Shown: positions 30,006-40,320, counted from the stretch's first letter. The stretch: 64,000 bases of DNA from an uncultured Alphaproteobacteria bacterium (GCA_963814835.1 CAWFEG010000004.1:43510-107509), one strand, 5' to 3'. The notes: generated from the sequence alone by a model not told the origin. Made by a program: numbers and translations.

Positions 30006-30353
30006 ATGGGCAATCTTTTCTGGCTGACCGACGATCAGATGGCGCGGCTTCGGCCCTACTTCCCCAAGAGCCATGGCAAGCCTCGGGTCGATGATCGTCG
30101 CGTTCTGAGCGGGATTATCTTCATCAATCGCAATGGCTTGCGGTGGAGCGACGCACCGGAGGCATATGGGCCGCACAAGACCCTGTACAATCGATGGAAG
30201 CGGTGGTGCGACATGGGGGTCTTCGCGCGGATGATGCAGGGGCTGGCGGCGGAGAGCGGCGCGCAGACAACGATCATGGTGGACGCGACCTACCTGGAGG
30301 CGCACCGCACGGCCTCGAGTCTGTGCGTGAAAAAGGGGGGCGCGGACGGCTGA
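30006..30353 (+). CDS. IS427-group transposase orfA
   Basis: MGNLFWLTDDQMARLRPYFPKSHGKPRVDDRRVLSGIIFINRNGLRWSDAPEAYGPHKTLYNRWKRW... Confidence 0.8.
   Translation: MGNLFWLTDDQMARLRPYFPKSHGKPRVDDRRVLSGIIFINRNGLRWSDAPEAYGPHKTLYNRWKRWCDMGVFARMMQGLAAESGAQTTIMVDATYLEAHRTASSLCVKKGGADG
30332..30338 (+). promoter_or_regulatory. candidate programmed -1 ribosomal frameshift heptamer A_AAG_GGG
   Basis: Perfect X_XXY_YYZ heptamer in the orfA frame, 13 nt before the orfA stop. The -1 frame continues LIGRTKGGMNTKLHAVTDAQGRP...DRGYDADWFREAL...ATVIFWL to 30763. Confidence 0.55.
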
Positions 30354-30803
30354 TTGGGCGCACCAAGGGCGGGATGAACACCAAGCTTCACGCCGTCACC
30401 GACGCCCAAGGCCGACCCATCCGCTTCTTCATGAGTGCCGGCCAGGTCAGCGACTACACCGGTGCGCGCGCGATGATGAGCAGCCTTCCCATGGCCGAGT
30501 GGCTGATCGCCGACCGTGGTTACGACGCCGACTGGTTCCGGGAGGCGTTGCGAGACAAAGGGATACGAGCTTGCATCCCGGGCCGGAAGTCGCGTGACAA
30601 GCCGGTGCGATACGACAAACGTCGCTACAAGCGCCGCAACCGCATCGAGATCATGTTCGGTCGTCTCAAGGATTGGCGGCGCGTCGCCACCCGTTACGAC
30701 AGGTGCCCGAAGGTCTTCCTCTCCACCGTCGCCCTCGCCGCAACCGTGATCTTCTGGCTCTGAAGATTGAGTTAGGCTAGAGCCATCGATTAGATTGAGG
30801 CTC

Positions 30804-30836
30804 TGAACTGCCGCCCATTTCGACCGGACAGTCCGG
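30804..30836 (+). repeat. solo terminal inverted repeat related to IS3 type II
   Basis: TGAACTGCCGCCCATTTCGACCGGACAGTCCGG versus TGAACTGGCCCCCGTTTCGACCGGACACTTGGG at 21452. Confidence 0.5.
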
Positions 30837-31398
30837 AATAATCAATGCGAAGATTCACCAGCGGAAGCCCGGACGTTTTCAGGCGAAACAGGCCACTTAT
30901 GTTGCCAATGAAGGGCAATAATTCACCTTCCGCGATGCTCCGTTACGTTTCAACAAACTAAAACCGTTTTACGCCCTCCTCATCACTGAAACAGACAAGT
31001 GACCCGTACTGTGAGCGTCAATCTAACTGATACGAATTTTCACGCACGGCGCCGTGAACGGCTGGTTCCGCTGGGGCCGCGTCATAGCTTTGCACCCGCA
31101 GAGAAGGTCCGCTTACCGCCCTCTACCGGAGTGCCGTGTACGGCCCTTTGGTGGCTCGGATCCAAACGTTTGGCGGCGGAGCGACGCCACGTACCTGCCT
31201 TTCATCCATGGCGCAGCCGGCGGAGTGCCGCCGAGGTCAACAGCGTGAAGGCAGGCAGTTGGCACACATATCGGCGGAAAGAGGCCGCTCATCGGACCTC
31301 TGAAAGCACGGTTTCAGAACCGGCCTCCCACGCGAGGCCGGTCGCTACACCGATAGGCCGCTCTACGTGGACACCTGAGCGAATTAAGGAGGTTCATC

Positions 31399-32415
31399 AT
31401 GAGTAGGGAACGATCGAAAGTGCAGCCGCTCGACCCCTACCGGGTTGCGGCCATCGAAGCGTTCGGTGGCCGGATCGTCCCTCTGGCCCCCATCGGAGCG
31501 CAGGTGAGCGGCATCGACCTGACATCCCAGACTCCGCCGCCGCAGAGGGTGCGCGAGGCGCTGGAGCAGGAAATGGCCCATCGCGGTTTCCTCGTGTTCA
31601 AGAACGACAGGAAAATCGAGCACGAGGACTTTCTGCGCGCGAGCTGCTGGTGGGGCGGCCGGGAGTTGCACAGTACCCATGGCGTCCACCCGGAGACACC
31701 CGGCGGAAACCCCCATATCTTCCGCCTCTCGAACGATCGCCGCCACGGGATTCCGGATGTCGGCCCGCAATGGCACAACGACGGAAGCTTCCTTCCGGCG
31801 ACCTTCTCGCACTCGGGCTACCACATTATCCGCCCGGCCGAGCGCGGCGGCGGCACCCATTTCGCCCACCAGGGCATCGCCTACGAGGTCCTCCCGGAGG
31901 ATCGAAAGGAGCGGTGGGCCCGGCTCTCCTCGGTGAACTCCGCCTCGGGCGTCGTGCATCCCTTGGTGCACGAGCACCCGGTATCCGGCCAGACATGTAT
32001 CTGGCTGCACTTGGGCATGACCGGGGCGATCATCGAGAAATTGCCGGACAACGGGGGGTTCCGCCTTCTCGACGCCGAGGACATGAAGCGAGTCTGCCGC
32101 GACTACAACGACGTGCTCAACGCCGGTCTCGAGAGCGGATATGGCATCGCCTACGAGTACGAGGAGAACGACTGCGTCTTCATCGACAACCTGGCCGTCG
32201 CGCACCGGGCTTCGCCCGAAGCCCACATGCCTGTCGAGCAGCAGGGTCTGAGGATCATGCATCGCAGCACCGTCCGCGGCATGCACGACCTCGCCCCGAG
32301 TTTCGGATTGCCGCTCCGCGTGGATATCGACGGCAGCAACCCGTTCGGAAGCGGCGTCTGGCAAGGCGGCGGTGTCGGCTTCCGCTGGGACGAGGCGATC
32401 CCGATGCGGAACTGA
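31399..32415 (+). CDS. TauD/TfdA-family Fe(II)/2-oxoglutarate dioxygenase
   Basis: AAGGAGG upstream. 338 aa with a WHNDGSF (HxD) motif and a distal His region (NLAVAHRA), typical of taurine-dioxygenase-like enzymes. Confidence 0.8.
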   Translation: MSRERSKVQPLDPYRVAAIEAFGGRIVPLAPIGAQVSGIDLTSQTPPPQRVREALEQEMAHRGFLVFKNDRKIEHEDFLRASCWWGGRELHSTHGVHPETPGGNPHIFRLSNDRRHGIPDVGPQWHNDGSFLPATFSHSGYHIIRPAERGGGTHFAHQGIAYEVLPEDRKERWARLSSVNSASGVVHPLVHEHPVSGQTCIWLHLGMTGAIIEKLPDNGGFRLLDAEDMKRVCRDYNDVLNAGLESGYGIAYEYEENDCVFIDNLAVAHRASPEAHMPVEQQGLRIMHRSTVRGMHDLAPSFGLPLRVDIDGSNPFGSGVWQGGGVGFRWDEAIPMRN

Positions 32416-32738
32416 GGCGCTCCATCGATGAACTGCGGCCAAGTCATCGGGCGAAGCCCGGTGCGCGGTCCGGCCAGGCTGCCCCCTATCGTATTGCCGC
32501 GCGGTCGACGCAGATCACGCCGGCATCGCCCGCCGAATGCAGCGCTGCCGATGACCAGCCTCGCACTTCCCGATTCTCCGAACCGAAACGATCAGCCCCT
32601 TATTGGCGCGGTGTGCCGGGTGATCAGAGGACAGCGCCGCCTCGACGCGACCGAAGAAGCGCGCCGAATTCCCGACAGCGGTCGGGTTCGGCTCCGGGGC
32701 GGTGGCCGTGGAACCTCCCGCGGGGAGGGGCGCCCGCT

Positions 32739-33290
32739 TCAGGAGACCTCGGCGTCGTAATCGAGAACGTCCTCGAGTATCCACCGGCCTTCGATCTCCT
32801 CTTCCGCGTGGCCGTGCAGGACATGGATCTTGCCCGTTCCCTCCATGACCACGGCCTGAACCGCGCCGAGGTCGAGGACGTTGCTGGCGCGCAGATGGGC
32901 GCGCAGATCGCTTTCGGTCACCCGCGCCGCCCTCATACCGTTCCGCTTGAGGCGGCCGCCGGGTCCGACCAGCAGGATGGGTGTATTGTCCGTGGCCCTC
33001 CTGAAGCCCGGAATGCCGAGGCGCAGCCTCGACGCCGCGAGCTGGATCGCGAACAGGGTTGCCAGGGCCACGACCCCCTGGAGGAGGGACGGCGACTTGG
33101 TCGCGACTGTCGTCGCCAGCAGCGAGCCCACGGCGATCGTCACCGCGATGTCGAAGGCCGACATCTCCGCGAAGCTGCGGACACCGGACCATCGGGCGAG
33201 ACCGAGTAGGGTCAGGTACATCCCGCATGATCCGGCCACGACCCAGAGGAGGACCCATGGGGAGTCCGGGTAGAACCATTCCGTCCACAT
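32739..33290 (-). CDS. DUF421 (YetF-like) membrane protein
   Basis: N-terminal TM helices, then ...NTPILLVGPGGRLKRNGMRAARVTESDLRAHLRASNVLDLGAVQAVVMEGTGKIHVL. Start chosen at the second ATG (33290) on RBS spacing. Confidence 0.7.
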   Translation of the reverse strand: MWTEWFYPDSPWVLLWVVAGSCGMYLTLLGLARWSGVRSFAEMSAFDIAVTIAVGSLLATTVATKSPSLLQGVVALATLFAIQLAASRLRLGIPGFRRATDNTPILLVGPGGRLKRNGMRAARVTESDLRAHLRASNVLDLGAVQAVVMEGTGKIHVLHGHAEEEIEGRWILEDVLDYDAEVS

Positions 33291-33506
33291 GGGCATTCCT
33301 TTCGCAGATGCGGCCTCGGAAACCCGGTTCGTTTGCCATCGCGACGTCCGGCACCGGGCGCCAGCCGAGGTTCCCACCAATCGCGACCCGCCTCAATGGG
33401 CGAGCGTCTCTCCGGTGGCCGCAACTGCCGGCGTGCGGCGCGCCCTTTTCAGCCGAGGCTTGCAGCCACCGCGCGACCGCGGCGCGGGTCGAACAGGATC
33501 AGATAT

Positions 33507-35110
33507 GGGCCGAGGCTGTGTGGAAACTCCCTGCCGGAGTGCCCCGAAGGTGCTGTGGTCGCCCTATTCCCGATCGTTCCGCTGCTTGGCCGGGATGATC
33601 GGCTCTTCTCAGGTCGACAGCGCCGTCATCGGCCCCCGGGTGCCGAGTATCGAGAGCATCCGCTTCATGTTGTAGGCCAGGACTTGAAGCGCCATCTCGG
33701 TTCGGACCTTCGGCAATCGACGCGTCGGGACGTGGGTTGCTCCCATCCAGCTCTTGATAGGGCCGAATGGGTGCTCGACGGTCGAGCGGCGCAACCGCAT
33801 CCATCCCTCTCGACCTGCGATGCGTTCGGTCATCTCGTCGACCAGGTGCTCGTGCTCCCACCTTGTTACCCGGCGCTCCCTGGCCGTCGTGCAACGGGAC
33901 TTGAACGGGCAGTCCCGGCAGGCGGTCGTCCAGTATCGCCGCATCCCGAGGCCGTCCTCCTCGCGGGTGTGGCGGCAGGTCGGCTCCTCGCCGGCCGGGC
34001 AACGGTAGACGTCGGCCTCGGCGTCGCAGGCAAGGTCGGCCTTCACGTAGAGGCCCGTCTTGCGGTTGCCGGAGGTCTCGGGCCGCGGAACGGTCGGGAC
34101 GATCCCGGCCTCGTGGCAGGCCGGGATCTGGCGTCCGCTGACGTAGCCCTTGTCCGCGACGACGCTCGTCCCGTCATGGTCCAGGGCCACCTGCGCTGCG
34201 ACCGCCATCAAATTCGGCTGGTCGCGGTCATGACCGGCATTGGTGACTTCGTGCGCGACGATCAGATGGGTTTCGGTATCGACCGCCGCTTGGACGTTGC
34301 AACCCACGAGCCCGCTGCGCCTCGCACTGGTCGCCATGGAGCGAGCGTCCGGATCGGTCAGCGAGACCTGTCCGTCGGACGCTTCCTCTACACGTCCCTC
34401 CATGGCTTGCAGAGGCTGTATCTCCCCCTTCACGCGAGCGTGGCGCCGGCCGGGGTTGTCGACCTTCCCGGTCCGCGCCTCGCCTTCCTCTTGGCGGTCG
34501 ATCCGGACCATCTCGTCGATGTATCGCGCGACACTGGCCTCCAGGTGAGCGAGCCGGCTCGCTATCTTGCCCTTCGGGAAGTTCCGATCCCGGTTGTCGA
34601 CCGCCTTGAACTTGCTGCCATCGACCGCAACGCAGTCGCCCTTCAGCACCCCCGCCCGGCGGCCGAGTTCGACGAAGAGGGCGCGGGTCCGGCGGATGGC
34701 GGGGCCGTTGTCGCGCCGGAAGTCGGCAATCGTCTCGTGGTCCGGCACCAACCGTCCGGTCAGCCCCATCACCTCGACATTCCGCCCAGCCTCGCGCTCG
34801 AGCCGCCGGCTGGACGGAACGCGGTTCAGGTAACCGCAGATGAAGAGCTTCGGCAGGACGGCGGGATGGTAGCCCGGCCGGCCCGTTCGCGCAGCGGCGA
34901 CACGCTCGAAGCCAAGGTCTCCAAGCTCGAGATCATCGACGAAGAGGTCGATCACCCGGACCGGATCGTCTGCGTCCATCCAGTCCTCAAGCCGCTCGGG
35001 AAACAGCGTCGACCGGCTTCGCCCGACACCTTCGATCGAACCTGCCCATGCCTGCTCCTGCCGTTCCCAGCAGCATGCATCAGCGGAGTGTTCTCACGCA
35101 GCCTCGGCCC
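33507..35110 (-). mobile_element. IS1182-family element (full length)
   Basis: Inverted repeats GGGCCGAGGCTGTGTGGAAACTCC / ...GAGTGTTCTCACGCAGCCTCGGCCC. The right end is defined by comparison with the partial copy at 55940-56459. Confidence 0.8.
33609..35076 (-). pseudogene. IS1182-family transposase with a 1-nt insertion near 35037
   Basis: 456-aa ORF from MDADDPVRVIDLF... The N-terminus MLLGTAGAGMGRF(IEGVGRSRSTLFPERLEDW) is out of frame relative to the partial copy, which reads TTCGATGAA where this copy reads TTCGATCGAA. Confidence 0.75.
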
Positions 35111-35162
35111 TTTGCGGGAATTCGGTTCGTCTGCGGCGGGTCGCAGCACCATGCCCTCCGCA

Positions 35163-35966
35163 TCATGTGCGCCTGTACAGCCACAGGGTGACGGGCGCCA
35201 GCACGGCGGTAAGCAGGACGGGCGCGAGGAGGGCGAGCCCGACCTGCGCCAGTGTCGCCGAGCCCGCCATCAGCCCGCGCATGGCGGTGGTCATCAGGGT
35301 GATCGGGTTCACCTCGACGAAGGCGCGCAGCCAGCCGGGCATCGTCTCCGGCTGCACCATGATGTTGGAGGCGAAGACCACCGGGAAAAGCACCGTGAAG
35401 CCCAGCGTCATCACCGTGGTCGGCGTGCGGATCAGCAGGCCGAGCACGATGAATACCCACCCGATCCCTAAGCCGATCGCCAGGAGAAGGAGGGCCGCCC
35501 CCGCCACCCCCGCCGCGCCCGCCTCGGGCCGGTATCCCAGCGCCAAGCCGATCCCGAGAATGATCCCGCCTGCGATCAGGTGGCGCAATAGATCCCCCAC
35601 GACCAGCCCGGCGAAGGGCGCCAGCGGCCAGATCGGCAGGCTGCGGAACCGGTCGAACAGCCCCTTGCCCAAGTCCGTGGACAGGCCCATCCCCGAATAG
35701 ACCGCGTTGAACGCCACCGTCTGCACCAGGATTCCCGGCAGGAAGAACTGCAGGTAATCCCCCGTCGATCCGGCGAGCGCGCCGCCGAAAACGAAGGTGA
35801 AAAGCAGCGTGAACATGATTGGCGTCATCACGAGATCGAAGAGTTGCTCGGGCACGTGGCGGAACTTGAGCACCGCCCGCCAGCCGAAGGTGAGCGCATT
35901 CGATAACGCCGAGGGCCGCGGCGGCCGCGGTGTGTGCTGCAACGTGGCGGGGGTGACCTCGGTCAT
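35163..35966 (-). CDS. ABC-2 type exporter permease (DrrB-like)
   Basis: 267 aa with 6 TM segments and an ABC-2 family look (FRHVPEQLFDLVMTPIMFTLLFTFVFGG). ATGA-type overlap with the upstream ATPase. Confidence 0.8.
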   Translation of the reverse strand: MTEVTPATLQHTPRPPRPSALSNALTFGWRAVLKFRHVPEQLFDLVMTPIMFTLLFTFVFGGALAGSTGDYLQFFLPGILVQTVAFNAVYSGMGLSTDLGKGLFDRFRSLPIWPLAPFAGLVVGDLLRHLIAGGIILGIGLALGYRPEAGAAGVAGAALLLLAIGLGIGWVFIVLGLLIRTPTTVMTLGFTVLFPVVFASNIMVQPETMPGWLRAFVEVNPITLMTTAMRGLMAGSATLAQVGLALLAPVLLTAVLAPVTLWLYRRT

Positions 35967-36967
35967 ACGGCCTCCTCCGGGTACGGCCCGGTGCCGCCGG
36001 TGAGAGCGAAGAACACCTCTTCCAAGCTGGGTGCGCCCATCGCGAAATCCTCCAGAGCGATGCCTGCCGCGACCAGGGCGGACAGCGCCGCGTTCGCCGC
36101 CTCCGGGGTTCGCGCCATGACCGAGAGGTGCGCGCCCTCCGGGCCGCGCTGAACCGGTGCGTCCAGGCGCTCCTCGAGCAGCCCGGCCGCCCGGTCGAGT
36201 TCCGCCGGGTCGGCGAGCGTCACGTGGAGGAACCCCGATCCGGTGGCCGCCTTGAGCTCCCGGCTGGTACCCTCGGCAATCTTGCGGCCGTTATCGATCA
36301 CGGCGATCCGCTGCGCCAGCTGGTCGGCCTCCTCGAGATACTGCGTGGTAAGCAGCACGGTGACGCCCGACTGGGCGAGCTGCCGGATCATCCGCCACAC
36401 ACGCAGCCGGGCCGTCGGGTCGAGCCCGGTGGTCGGCTCGTCGAGGAACAGCACCCCAGGAGTGACGATCAGCGAGGCGGCGATGTCGAGGCGTCGCCGC
36501 ATCCCGCCCGAGTAGTCCTTCACCTGCCGGTGGCGGGCCCCGCTCAGTTCGAAGGCGGAGAGGAGATCGTCGGCCCGACGGCCGGCGGCCCGGCCGCCGA
36601 AGCCCCAGAGCCGCGCGAGGAAGACCAGGTTCTCGCGGCCCGTCAGGTCCTCGTCGAGCGAGGCGAACTGGCCGGTCATCGCGATCGCGCCCCGCACCGC
36701 GCCGGGATCCGCCAGAAGGTCGTGCCCCATCACCTCGGCCGTCCCTTCGTCCGGCCGCGTCAGCGTGGCGAGCATGCGCATCAGGGTCGTCTTCCCGGCC
36801 CCGTTCGGACCCAGGATGGCGAAGATCATGCCGCGCGGCACGTCGAGGTCGATGCCGTCCACCGCCGTCAAGCCGCTGAAACGCTTGGTCAAACCATGCG
36901 CTCGGATGGCCAGTGCTTCACTTCTTGCCTCACGGGGCGAGGGGGTCTCTGGGGTGACCTCCGCCAT
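35963..36967 (-). CDS. ABC transporter ATP-binding protein (DrrA-like)
   Basis: Walker A GPNGAGKTT, signature YSGGMRRRLDIA, Walker B LFLDEPTTGLD. GAGGA upstream of the ATG at 36967. Confidence 0.85.
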   Translation of the reverse strand: MAEVTPETPSPREARSEALAIRAHGLTKRFSGLTAVDGIDLDVPRGMIFAILGPNGAGKTTLMRMLATLTRPDEGTAEVMGHDLLADPGAVRGAIAMTGQFASLDEDLTGRENLVFLARLWGFGGRAAGRRADDLLSAFELSGARHRQVKDYSGGMRRRLDIAASLIVTPGVLFLDEPTTGLDPTARLRVWRMIRQLAQSGVTVLLTTQYLEEADQLAQRIAVIDNGRKIAEGTSRELKAATGSGFLHVTLADPAELDRAAGLLEERLDAPVQRGPEGAHLSVMARTPEAANAALSALVAAGIALEDFAMGAPSLEEVFFALTGGTGPYPEEAV

Positions 36968-37483
36968 TGTTCCTCGGCTCAATCATTCGCTTTCCGCCGA
37001 GCCATAGCACGGGGAGAGCGCGCGTTGATGGATCTTTGCGGGTCCGAGCGACCCGATGTCGAACCTCCATCCCCATCGGATCAGGGGCGCGATGGTCACG
37101 GGGGATCGTCGGTTTACCAACCAATTCTGCCGGGGCCCAGCTGTTCAACTATGACTAGAAGCCATGCGGATGTTCGCAGACCAAACGCACGCACTGGTGA
37201 GCAACGGCAACTTCGCCCCGTAGAGTCTGACTCCGTGTCGACCTCGATCTTGCAACCTTCGCGAACGGCCGGTTTGGTAGAGTTAAGCCGCAGCGGCTGG
37301 CGGTGCCGCGGAAGCCCGGAACGCCGTTCACGTCGATCAATGAGCTTTGGCAAAGCGGCTGAAGCGCCAAATCCACAAGGGACCCAAGGGCTCTGCGTCC
37401 GCCCTCGTACCCGTCGCGCGGCCGCGTTTCCGCGTGTCTTTCTCCGATCCGATCTCCCGACCGTCACAGCGGAAGGTCGAGAG

Positions 37484-38702
37484 ATGTCGGAACGGAACCT
37501 GGTCTCTCCCGTCGTCATGCGGATGCAGGGGCTCTGGCCCCGCGATGTCGCCGGGTATGAACGACATCGGACCCGCCGGGGCGGGGATCTCGGCCATGTC
37601 GATCCATCGCGCAGCGGCCTGAACAGGCGGCTGATCGGGAAGAAGGCCTGGGCGCAGGAGGCGTGGAACGAGATCGGCGAGATGCGCCGAGAACCACGTC
37701 CGCGAGCTCGAGCAACTCAAGAAGCGCCGACGCAAGGCGGAGACGCTCCGGCGCATCGCCGAGGGGCCACGGGATCCCTGGCGGGCGACGCGGCACGGCC
37801 CGATGCGCGAGATCGTCCTGACGGCCAACCGGCGGTGGTTCGAGGACGACCTGACCGGGTTCCTGGGCGAGAGCGGCCCGACCCGCGAGGAGGAGTTCGA
37901 GGCGCGCGCGATCGCCTGGCTGAAACACCATTTCGGGGAGGATTGCGTGCATGCCCGCGCCGACCGGGACGAGGAGGCCCATCACGTCCACGCCGTGATC
38001 CTGCCGCGCGCGACCACGAAGGACGGGCGGCGCATGCTGCAGCCCTCGGTGCATGCCATGATCCGCGACTACGAGAAGGCGCGGGAGGATGTCGGCGCCC
38101 GGTTCTCCGGGATCGGCCTGACACGCGGCGCGCGGCGCAAGCAGGCGATCCGGGATGCGCCCGAGCAGAACCGGAAACTCCGCGAGGATGAGGAGGCCGG
38201 AAAGGACGTGACGGACGCCCCGGTGGCGGTGCCGCGCCATCGCCGGCACGTCTCTCCGCGGCAGTGGCGCGAGACATAGGAGAAGGCCCTGGCCGAGCGC
38301 GACCTCGCCGTCGGCGCGCAGGAAGAGGTCCTCGATGCGCGCGAGGCGGCCACGGCGGAGAAAGCCGCCGAGGTGGCCGAGGGACGTATCGGCCCGATCG
38401 CCGCCATCGAGGAAAGCGAGAGGGAGCCCGAGGACCCTGCGGGTTCCCCGTCACCCGCCGGGCTCTTCGCGCGGGCCTTCGCGGCGCGCCGGACCAGAGC
38501 GCGGGAGGGCGAGCTGAAGACGGCCTTCGACGAGATCCGGGCGGCGGATGCCGCGATCGTCGGGATCGCGCGGCAGATGCCGGCCGCAGTGCGACGGAAG
38601 ATCGCCGAGGCCCGCACGTCGCTGGCCCGGTCCATCATCGGCCTGCATCGTACGGCGCGGTCCTGGCTGCCGTTCGAGAAGGAGCCCGATCGCGACGGCT
38701 GA
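37484..38702 (+). pseudogene. Mob/Pre-type (MobV-like) plasmid mobilisation relaxase, one frameshift (~37687) and in-frame TAG 38277-38279
   Basis: GGAAGG RBS. MSERNLVSPVVMRMQGLWPRDVAGYERHRTRRGGDLGHVDPSRSGLNRRL and ...VHARADRDEEAHHVHAVILPR (HxH relaxase motif). Confidence 0.65.
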
Positions 38703-38833
38703 AAAGGTTCGCCACGGGGTCGACAGTCGTTTCCGCGCTCCAAGGGCCGTTCGCATTTCCTCCACAGTCGAGGATCGAACGGCCCGGACGGGCTTCTCGG
38801 CTGACATCGCAACCCGCTTCGGAGGAACACATC

Positions 38834-39231
38834 ATGGCCAGGAAACGCCGCCCCTCATCGACTACGATCATCTCACCGACCGCCAGAAGCGGATGCAGGA
38901 CCGCGCGAACGCCCTGCACGCCGGTATCGCCCTCGACCAGCACGTGGGACACGAGCGCGCCCTCGATGCCGCCCGCGACACGTTCGACGACGCCATCGCC
39001 GCATGCCACGGCGGAAAGCTGCATCACGAGATCTTCTCTCCCTTCGGACGCGCGGCGACGATCGCCAATGCCCGGCGCATCGCGGCGCACCCCGATTGCC
39101 CTGCATCCGTCCGGAAGGAAATCGAACTGCGCGTCTCGGCGGGTCAGGCGCCGGCGAACACTCCCTCCGCGCCGGCGCAGGCGAAGGGCGACGCCGCGAG
39201 CGGTGAAGCGCCACCCGACCCGAACGAGTAG
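38834..39231 (+). pseudogene. hypothetical protein, frame lost just after the start codon
   Basis: GGAGGAACACATCATG start. The sensible reading (PPLIDYDHLTDRQKRMQDRANALHAGIALDQHVGHERALDAARDTF...) is in the neighbouring frame from about codon 4. Confidence 0.3.
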
Positions 39232-39367
39232 GCTCGCGTCGACGCTTCGACCGGGCCGAGATCGAAGCTCATCGAGGGCGCGAACCGAGGTTCGCGTCCT
39301 CTCTGCGTCCACGGTCTCCGGAAACGGGGCCGTCGGCAGGCGTCGAGATCGCGCCGCTTCTGGCCTC

Positions 39368-39790
39368 TCAGTCCCACGGCGCGGGGCCGTCGGCCACGAC
39401 CTGCCCGAAGATGGTCTCGCGATGCCAGGCCAGGTTCGCCGGATGCGGCCGATCGCGAGGATCCTCGGGCAAGTGCAGCTCACCGGAGGGCGAGATCAGC
39501 CGGTCCACGACCTCTCCCGGGACCTTGTTGTGGGAGACGAGGGTCGTGCGCGCGTCATCGGCCACCGAGAGCAGGCCACGCTCGAACATCCAGTGCAGCG
39601 TCCCGACAGCGCCAGTCCGTTGCGCACGGAATCGCTGCCCTCCCGCTCGACCGGCCGGATATGCGCGGCCTGGACCTCCGGGCGGCCGCCGCCGTTCCGC
39701 AGCCGCAGGCCGGGCGCAGCAGGGGCGGCGGACGTGGCCTCTCCACCCCGCCGGAACGGTCAACTGACGGTCGCGCGAAGTGACGAGAAA
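39368..39790 (-). pseudogene. HNH endonuclease (restriction-endonuclease-like HNH) remnant, frameshifted and N-terminally truncated
   Basis: AAHIRPVEREGSDSVRNGLALSG then TLHWMFERGLLSVADDARTTLVSHNKVPGEVVDRLISPSGELHLPEDPRDRPHPANLAWHRETIF. Confidence 0.65.
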
Positions 39791-40320
39791 CGATGGCGAA
39801 TGCTCACGGCGCCTTCGAACAGCCCGAACAGCGCTCGCTTGACCCGGCGCGCGTTCGGGCCGGCGAGGCAGACCGCCGCGATCGGCGCCTCGGCCGTCTT
39901 CGTCAGCCGCCGGTAGCGCGGCAGGGCTTTCGACCGCCACTCGGTGGTCTGGCCGTGGCCATCGGCGCCCCGCGCCCAACTGCGTTCCCGCACGGTCTCG
40001 GTGCCGAAGGTCCCGGCGAACTGCCGCTCTCGGTGCCCGTGGCGGTATCCCCTGGCATCGCCGCCCCCCTCGCCATCGCGCCCGTGGCGGAAGCGGCCGA
40101 GACAGGCGGCCAGCTCCTCCTCGAACATCGCCTCGATGGTGGCGCGCACGTTCGCCCGAAGCCGATACTCGATCGGATCGTGGCTCGCCTCCTCGGGCGG
40201 CGGCGAAAAGACAGCGCTCTCGGTAATCTCGGTCATGGCGCAATCTCCCTGGCGGTTGGCGCCGCCGGTTGGGGGGGGTCACATCACCCGGAGATCACGC
40301 CGCCTTCGAATTTCCACCAC
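39791..40320 (-). mobile_element. IS256-family fragment (left end plus the first ~150 codons), copy 2 of the element at 2149-3620
   Basis: MTEITESAVFSPPPEEASHDPIEYRLRANV...FEGAVS, near-identical to copy 1. Homology stops within the first ~9 nt of the type-1 insertion (CGATGGCGA at 39791-39799). Confidence 0.85.

Larger units (their letters stand above)
29930..30800 (+). mobile_element. IS5-family, IS427-group element (apparently intact; ends approximate)
   Basis: orfA at 30006-30353 and overlapping orfB to 30763, with a -1 slippery site. Exact inverted repeats could not be fixed by eye. Confidence 0.65.

Noticed and set aside
29927-30795. About 25-nt directly repeated similarity flanking the IS427-group element (TTAGGCTCAGGACCCATTGATCAG on the left, TTAGGCTAGAGCCATCGATTAG on the right), considered as an unusually long target duplication.
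   Set aside because: The match is imperfect, and I could not define the true inverted repeats by eye. It may simply reflect insertion into a pre-existing repeat or palindrome. The IS ends are left as approximate rather than making a claim.
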